From Octopus vulgaris (lineage: Eukaryota): a DNA stretch of 64,000 bases. The notes under the pieces are model-generated. The model ran no database searches. It had not been told where the DNA came from and was given only the letters and a program-made list of their open reading frames with translations. A program made the translations under genes and the position numbers. Positions 29,201 to 38,200 of the stretch are shown here, piece after piece. The stretch is taken from assembly GCA_951406725.2 (NCBI GenBank), contig OX597842.1, forward strand, positions 15,686,001 to 15,750,000. The letters are read 5' to 3'. Position 1 is the stretch's first letter. Every line of letters starts with the position of its first letter.

Positions 29201-32200
29201 GAAAATTTACATACGGGACCCAGTCCGACATCCCTACACTCTGTCTAGTCCACTGGCCTCTTTAGGTACGCAAAAAGCCGTACGTTAAGGACGACCTCGG
29301 CTAGATTTTAAGTCTGAATACCGAATGCTATATTAAATACCAAAAGGTGTCATTCAACTCGGCAGCTTGCAGGTTCGGCCAATTTTTGATTAAATTATGA
29401 ATTAAAATTAAGAAAATTTAAAATTTCTAAACAATATATATCGTATATTCACCATCTGCAAATATATGGATTTCTATTTAATTCAGACAATCCCAAATGT
29501 GTAGAGAAGCAAGCGAATTCGCTTGAATCGATCGAATATAGTATTGGAATATTTTATTTAAATTGGAAACTTGAAATATTTAGTGCCATATAACTTTTTC
29601 TACTGTAGACACAAGACCAGAAATTTTGGAGGAAGGTGAGTCGATTAGATCGGCCCTAGTACGCAATTGTTACTTAATTTATCGTCCCCGAAAGGATGAA
29701 AGGCAAAGTCGACTTCGGCGGAATTTTAAGTAAGAACGATTAATGCAATATAATACAAATCCTTTAATCTGAAATAATACTCAGGAAGAGTCGAACCCAC
29801 TCTGTACAATCTACGGTACTTTTCAGTTGAACTGTAACAGAGAGATCAACTAAATCTTAAGCTTAAAGAATTTTGTAGAATTATAACTAATGTGTTTTTA
29901 TTTCTAAAAACCTATCGGGTTTATGATATCAACCTAAATTTTACCGATGACGACTTTAATAAAAATAAGTTTCATAATACCGGACTATTTTACACGTTTC
30001 ATTTACCCAATTTCAGAGTCAGGCAATTTAAGCTGATCTCGTAATTATCTGCAGTTTAATTAGTCTAACAATATCACTTTTAATTATAAACGTAATATAG
30101 TACAGCAATAATTAACTGTCATTCTGTTACTAAATCAGCTAATATCAATATAACTGTAACAACAAACATTTTAAATTTAGGAAATGATGTTGCGAAATGC
30201 GGCACCCGGGGGGCAGCCCACCAAGCCAATTTGATAAAATTGGAGGAAGTAGGCATAACCGGCCGGATTATTTTCGTAATGTGGTTCTTCGTTGCCAGGT
30301 TCTTGGTCGTCTGACCTCAAACCAACTGTTCACATCAGCCAACTCTCATCTCGAACTCTTCCCATCGCCCAACTCTTATCCGATTTTAATTACCAACAGG
30401 GGTTTAACATAGACGGACAATACGCACATTTGGGGACAATTATCATATGAAAGAACAGAAGAAGAAGTAGAAGAAGGAGGAGAAGAAGAAGAAGAAGAAA
30501 TGGAAGAAGAAGAAGAAGAAGAAGAAGAAGAAGAAGAAGAAGAAGAAGAAGAAGAAAAATGTGAAAGTGCAGGACGATAGGATGTGGAAGAAGAGAAAGA
30601 AAAACAAGGATGGTAGGACAAGAACAACATCAAATCAACAACATTAAAACAATAAGTAGAGGAAGTGTAGAAGAAAAAGAAAACGGAGACGAAGAATATG
30701 TAGAAGGAGATAATAACTAATATGATGAAAGGAAGGAAACGAAAATGACGAAAAGAAGAAGAAGAAAAAGAGGAGGAGTAAGAAGAAGAAGAGCAAGGAA
30801 GTGCAGGAGGAGGTAATGAAGATGAAGTGGAAGTAGAAGTTAAAGAAGAAGAGAAGGAGGTGAAATAAGTAGGAGAAGAAGAGAAGAAGAAAGGAACAAG
30901 AATAAGTTCAAGAAGAATTTTATAAATGAGTTTTATAAATGACGTTGTTCTAAATGTACAAATGCCATCGGTATTGAAGCATGTTATTTAGCGTAAACAC
31001 CAGACATAATATCCATACCGAATGATAGACACAGGTGAATAGGGATTTGTATGTTCATAGTGATGATGAACATGGTGTTGATGCTGATGATGTTGGTGGT
31101 GAAGTTTCTCTTGTCGATGATGATGAACATATAATACCGTGTGAAAGGAAAATGACGAGAGTGAGCGAAATTACAAACATGGAAATATATCGGCAATGAT
31201 ATACTACAAATGAAGATTGATTTAACTTACAGATACTTTAAATTGGTCAAATATTGGAAGGTTTCTGGTTGGATTTCTTTCAGGTTATTATTGTTCAAAT
31301 ACCTGGAACATGAAATTGAGTCAAGATAAAACTTTATGGAACAAGCATGTGGTTGTATATAACATATTTCGAGTAAGGAATTAGACTATGGAAATCATGA
31401 AGAGTTGATTACGGTTCTGTTGAAATTGATAATGACGATGATGATGATGTTCAAGTGGGTGCAACTAACTGCGGTAGGATATGGTAATGAATGAACTTGA
31501 TGATAAAGCTAACTTATTGCGGTAGTGTGTGGTAATGAATGAAGTTAATGATAAAGGTAATGATGAGCCTGACAATATTGAAAACTGAGAGAAAGAAAAG
31601 TGTTGCGGATAATAATGTCGGTAATGATGATGGGAACGAAGAAATTGATAATGAATGAGAAGTAAATGAAAATCGGTAAGAAGGAGAATAAGAAAATATA
31701 GAAGAAAAATATGAAGATGACGAAAAAGTAGACGAAATGGAATATAAATAAGAATGATTAGAAATGAAGAACGACGAAGAAGAAGAAAAAGAAGAAAAAG
31801 TAGAGCAGGAAGATACGAAGTAGAAGAAGAGAAAGAAAAAGAAGAATGTTAGCACAAAATCAACATCAAATCAACAACATTAAAAACAATAATTAGAAGA
31901 AGTAGAGAGAGAGAAAGAATATACAGATGGAGAAGATAACTAAAATGATGAAACGAAGAAAAGGAAAATGATGAAAAGTAGAAGAAGGAGAAGAAGAAGA
32001 AGAAGAAGAAGAAGAAGAAGAAGAAGAAGAAGAAGAAGAAGAAGAAGAAGATGAAGAAGAAGAAAAAGGAGAAGAAGGATAATTAGTGTATGAATAATAT
32101 ACTTCTAAATATAGAATTACATGTAATATTCAATGATGTGAATTAGCATCGATCTATCGATCTGGAGGTAATCACCGTACATAATGTGCATATCGTATTA

Positions 32201-35200
32201 CACTCATATATGAATGCACTTCTTCAGACACAGACGCAAATACATGCATTTGCTGAAAAGTTTCCTCTCAATTCTCACCCTTTCCTATATGCCATATCAT
32301 ATACATGGGGCTTCCCACTCTTTAACACACAATTACAGAAAGGTGGAGGATCATATAATCAAGTAAGGGACGATATTACAAATATGCAAACATAGCAGCA
32401 ATGTTATACTATAAATAAAAACTGATTTGACTTACAGTAGTTTTAAACTGGGCAGGTTTCTGAAGGTTTCAGGTTTTATAACATTCAGATTATTATTGTT
32501 CAAATATCTGGAACATAAAATTGATTTAAGATGAAAATTTATGGGACAGGTTTTTGGAAGTATATAACATATTTCGAGTAAAGAATTAGACTATGGAAAT
32601 CATGAAGAGTTGATTACGGTTCTGTTGAAATTGATAATGATGATGATGATGATGTTCAAATTTGTGCAACTAACTGCGGTTGTCTATGGTAATGAATAAA
32701 GTTGATGATGAACCTGACAATGTTGACGGCTGAGAGAAAGAATAGTGTTGCGGAGAACAGTCTCGGTAATGATGATGGGAACGAAGAACGTTTCGGGGAC
32801 CACTACCCTGGGATGATCATGAAGCAAGCAAGCGTGTGTTTATGCACGCACGAGTGTATGTAAGCATGTGTGTATGTATGTGTGTTTCTGTATGCGTGTG
32901 TGTGTTAACTCAATAGTTGAACATGAAGAACGAAGAATATTACATCTTCATAATTTATTTGTTGAAGCATTTTCTTCATATCACATTCATTGGTTAATCA
33001 GCCCAAGATTTCCTCAGGGTGCTAAAAAGTACCTGCTCGGATTTCAAATCCCTATTCCATTACGTTACATATGTGTGTGTGTGTGGCTCTGTATATATAT
33101 GTATGTATATGCATATGTATATACGAGGGGATATACTAAAGTAACCGTAAATGTTCTCTGTAAGACCAACCCGTTGTAGTTCAGGTTTCCGTCGCTAAAC
33201 TCCAATTGATGCGACTGTCAGGCATCAGTCAGCCAACCGGTGTTATCCGCTAGTGTTGTACTGCCGCGTAGTTCGTCTTTGTTTTGACGTGTTTCTGCTC
33301 AGTTCGTATGTTTTTTGCAATGGCTGGAACGAAGGAACATTGTGCTTCTGTGAAATTCTGTTTACTGCTGCTGAAAACTGCAGATGAAACAGTTTTCATG
33401 CATCCCATCACAACGATGATGCAATGGGCAAAGCACAAGTTTATGAATGGTTTTCTCGATTTAGGAATGGTCACTTGTCGCTTGAAAACCAACCTCATTC
33501 ATGACAACCGTCGACCTCCCAAACATCATGAAAATTCATGATCTGATCCTGGAGGACTGTCACTGAGCAATTGATGAACTTGTTGACATGTCAGTTTTGT
33601 CCTCGAGCTCCTGGCAATGAAGTTTGTGCGAGGAATTGTGAATGAAAAGCGTTCAAGCAAAATCTGTGCCTTGTTTGCTCACGGAATGTCAAAAACAGTC
33701 ACGGCTGAATGCGTGTCGTGAGCTAGAAGAACTGTTATGAGGTAATCCGAATGTTTTTCCGAAGGTCATCAGTGGTGACGAAAGCTGGTACTACGGAATT
33801 TGAAGATGTGGAAGTGAGGAAAGAAATCGATGGGGGCATTAAAAAGCATCACTTCGGAATATGTCCAACACGGATTCCAGTAGCTGAAAAGGCGCTTGGA
33901 ACGATGCATTGATTAAAATGGAGAATACTTTGAACACAAAAAAAGTGTATATATGTAAAACTAAGTGAATAATATAATATTTCAAAATTACGGTTTCTTT
34001 TGGGCACTCCGTCGTAAGTATGTACACACAAGCGGCTAAGGCCGAGCTTCCCTGGGATTATTAATACCTAAAATAGATATCATCTCATCATTTCCTTATT
34101 TTTGGGGTAAACTGTTGTTTAAAAGATGCCAAGACGCAAAAAATCCTCAGTTTGTCTGTGAATGTTAATTCACTGAGAATTGTAAATAAACAGAACATAA
34201 GTAAAATCTAAAATACACTTTACTTTTATATTTATATTTTCTGTGGTAAATGTTTTTATAACATACGCTACACATTTTCAAAGTATCTTTAAAGTAATTG
34301 TTTTTCTAACAAGTCAACTTTTACAATGACTAACGTAGTGCTTGAATTATACAACGTTCTTATTTCGCCCTTGGTTGCAGACAAGTGGTGAAGATCTCAC
34401 ATTTGATATTTAGGATGTCGGCTGGCAAGCTAAGACTTCATAGTTTTATCTTACAGAATATGGCTTTTTGTACTCTGTACCTTATATATCTTCGCCTTTG
34501 CAACTATACAACACATAACAAGGTTTTCTACACTCACAACCCTTTAATTACTAGATTTATTTTGATTGTGAAATGATGTAAAGGCTTGCTGATCATCATC
34601 TTGTAGGGAAGATTTGATAATTGTATTTTTATCACTTTTCGTTAGTCAATTCATGAGTCGTTTTGCATTTATTGGTCCATTTCGTTAAACCTAGTTTTAT
34701 TACACTTTCATGCTATTATATATATATAATTATAGCCAGATCGTTATATGTCCCTAATTACAATAATAATTATACATAAATGATGCTACCGATTCACATA
34801 GTAATGATAATTTAGAGCTCAGGCATTCAAAGCTGATATTATTTCTGTTTTCTTGCATTTTTTGGAATTACGAGTTTTCAGGTTGGCGCTGTTGATTAAT
34901 TTTTTGAATGATGGGCCATATTTTGGGCCACAACCGGTTGAGCCCTTTGTTTATCCCCGCAAGAATCGATGCCAGATGAAGAAATAATTATAGTTATAAG
35001 TCATTTGCATTATTCGGTAGCTTCATAACATCTATGTTAGCTAAGTCTAAAAGCGTTAGCGGTAATACATTTCGGAAACTACATAGAAGCCCCTTTGTCT
35101 AGCTTCGTATCATTGTCACCATTGGCCAATGGATGACTTTCTCACTGAGACTACACCGCTGTCATAGTGTTTCCCACGGCTTCGCCTGTAACCGTAGACT

Positions 35201-38200
35201 GAGTGGAAGATGGGTGATACGCTGAGCCAAAGGGCAGCTGTGTTTGCGCCAACAAAGTATTTCCTTATTTGACGTAATCCCTATATTCAAAGAATGTTCT
35301 ATTGTCCACCACCTGGTAAACTACCGAATAGTAGATTCTCACTGAAGATTTACACATTCGCACACACATATTCGTAGCCATCCTTAATTCGCGAGTCGAA
35401 CGAGTATGTCTTGGCAACATATCTAATGCTTTTACTAATTGCTTCAGGTGCCTAAGTATTTCCGAGCAGACATAGGTACTCTTTTATGTCTCCAACGCTA
35501 AACCTAACCCAGATGTCGCATCCAACACTTGACTGGTACACATTTACAGCTGAGTAGACTGGATGAATCCTGATCAACGTCCCAAACACCGAGCGTAGTT
35601 CAAGAACTGAACCAATCACATTATGATCGTGCAGCGACATGCTAATCACTGTGTCATATCTTTCACACACACTGAGGTACTACAAGTAGAAACTGATACC
35701 AACAGCTCAAATGCTGGATCCACGCTCAAATCACATCTAGTGCTATGGCAGTTTTAACAGTCAAAACATATCAGCTCAGATTTAATCTATTGGGTGAGGC
35801 TAAAGTCGCAGAGATGGGAACAGATTGCAAAAAATGATAGAATATCATAAAATGCCTGACAAGAAATTCAAAGTTGTCTCTTGAATAAAGTCCAACACCT
35901 TTTCACACAAAAACATCTAAAAATCAAATGATTCTGGCAGCCATAAATAATTCTCTTCTGTTTTCTTTGTGTCATGAAGGAAGTCACTTTTGAAGAAGAA
36001 CATCACTATAGGAGAAAGTAGATCCCGTGTATATCTAGGACGGAATTTAAAAGACATTTTTTTTCATTTTAGAACCAGAAAATATTTCGATCCTAGCAAC
36101 TTCCACTTTTTGACGCTCATGTAACCAAAGTAAGACCACTCTTTTTATTAACATTCCCTCAGTAATATTAACCGCTATGTTTAGTTCTTCATCCTCAGAA
36201 CATCGGATTCTGGAATGTCCTCCATGTTCTCGTCTTCTTTCCGGGAATTTATCTGTAACATTTTTAAACGGAGCATTACCATCATCACTCTCACCCATAT
36301 CACACAACCAGCGAAATTAATGAGCTCTACTCCTTCTTCAAAACGCAGAAAGTAAAAACAAGTGGGATTTGAACTTAAAATACAAAGAGCTAGAAGATTT
36401 CCATACGAGACCCAGTCCGACATCTCTACACCATGTCTAGACCACTGGCCTCTTTAAGTACGCAAACCGCCGTACGGTAAGGATGTCCTCGGCTAGATTT
36501 TAAGTCAGAATACCGAATGTTAGATTAGATACCACAAGGTGTCATTCAACTCGACGGCCTGCAGGTTTGGCCAATTTTTGACTAATTATGAATTAAAATT
36601 ATGAAAATTAAAAATGTCTAAATAATATATATCGTATATTCACCATCTGCAGATATACGGATTTCTATTTAATTCAGACAATCACAAATGTGTAGAGAAG
36701 CAAGTGAATTCGCTTGAATCGATCGAATATAGTATTGGAATATTTTATTTAAACTGGAAACTTGAAATGTTTAATGCAATATAATCTGTTCTACCGAAAA
36801 TTTGGGGGAGGGTGAATCGATTAGATCGACCCTAGTACGCAACTGGTATTTAATTTGCCGACCCCGAATGGATGAAAGGCAAAGTCGACTTCGGCGAAAT
36901 TTGAAGTCATAACGATTAATGCAATATAATACAAATCCTTTAATCTGAAATGATACTCAGGAAGAGTCGAACCCACTCTGTACGATCTAGGGTACTTTTC
37001 AGTTGAACTGTAACAAACAGAGCAGCTAAATCTTAAGCTTAAAGAATTTTGTAGAATTATAAATAATGTGTTTTTATTTCTAAAAACCTATCGGGTTTAT
37101 GATATCAACCTAAATTTTACCGATGGCGTCTTTAATGAAAATAGGTTTCATAATACCGTACTATTTTACATGTTTCATTTACCCAATTTCAGAGTCAGGC
37201 AATTTAAGCGGATCTCGTAATTATCTGCCGTTTAATAAGTCTAACAATATCACTTTTAATTATAAACGTAATATAGTACAGCAAAAATTAACTGTCATTC
37301 TGTTACTAAATCAGCTAATATCAATATAACTGTAACAATAAACATTTTAAGTTTAGGAAATGATGTTGCGAAATGCGGCACCCGGGGGTAGCCCAGCAAG
37401 CCAATCTGATAAAATTGGAGGAAGTAGGCATACCCGGCTGGATTATTTGCGTAATTAGGTTCTTCGTTGCCAGGTTCACTTCGACTGGTCACATTGCATC
37501 TTTACAAATCCACACTGTAATCAGTTCTTCGTTGTCTGAAGAACTCACACCAGCTGTTCACATCACCCAACTCTCATCCCTAACTCTTCCCATCGCCCAA
37601 CTCTTATCCGATTTTTAATTACCCACAGGGGTCTAACATAGACGTACAATACGCACATTTGGGGACAATTAACATATGAAAGAACAGGAAAAAAAGGAAA
37701 CTTTACAAATGAAGTTGGAACGTCTATCCCGACCGCGCTCCAGGATGGTCACGTTATTTCAATTACGTCATCTTTAAAATCAATCTGCACTTAATACTTT
37801 ATGTTACTTTTAATGTCCTCATAGTTCACCACTGTATCGCTGGGTTCGATGCTCCCCTCGGGTCCCAGTGCGTTTACAACTGAAGGGAATACATCTTTAA
37901 GCGTTCTATATTTGTCTTTCTCCATCAGGACACAATCTTTTTCGTAACCTTCCGAAAGGATCAATCTAACAATCCCTTTCCTTTCTGTTATTCTCCTTTC
38001 AAAATTTTGGGGTCGTACGATATGTTATTCAAAATAACGTGTTCCTGTGGACCTCTTCTGTCTGTATGTCTGTTCTTAATGTCTTTGTTACTCTGTGTTA
38101 TCATGCGTCCGTCTATGTTTCTTTGTGTCTGTGTGTCTATGTGCTTATGTGTCTGTAAGTCTGTGTGTTTGTGTGATTGTAAGTCTGTACATTTGCTTGG

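Larger units (their letters stand above)
20110..37690. repeat. ~7.24 kb tandem duplication, X-Y-X-Y-X (X ~20110-23240, 27340-30430, 34575-37690; Y carries two LRR exons)
   Basis: Identical translated ORFs at 24274/31514 and 24907/32186; three diverged copies of the MCERYDTV ORF (21202, 28446, 35670). Confidence 0.95.

Noticed and set aside
340-32560. V(D)J-like recombination signal sequences or Dscam-like docking/selector sites around the exons
   Set aside because: No CACAGTG/ACAAAAACC spacing seen and no complementary docking pairs recognised by eye; needs computation
20110-37690. Duplications as pure assembly artefacts
   Set aside because: Copies differ by many substitutions, indels, TE ends and coherent amino-acid changes; haplotype stacking is not fully excluded without read depth
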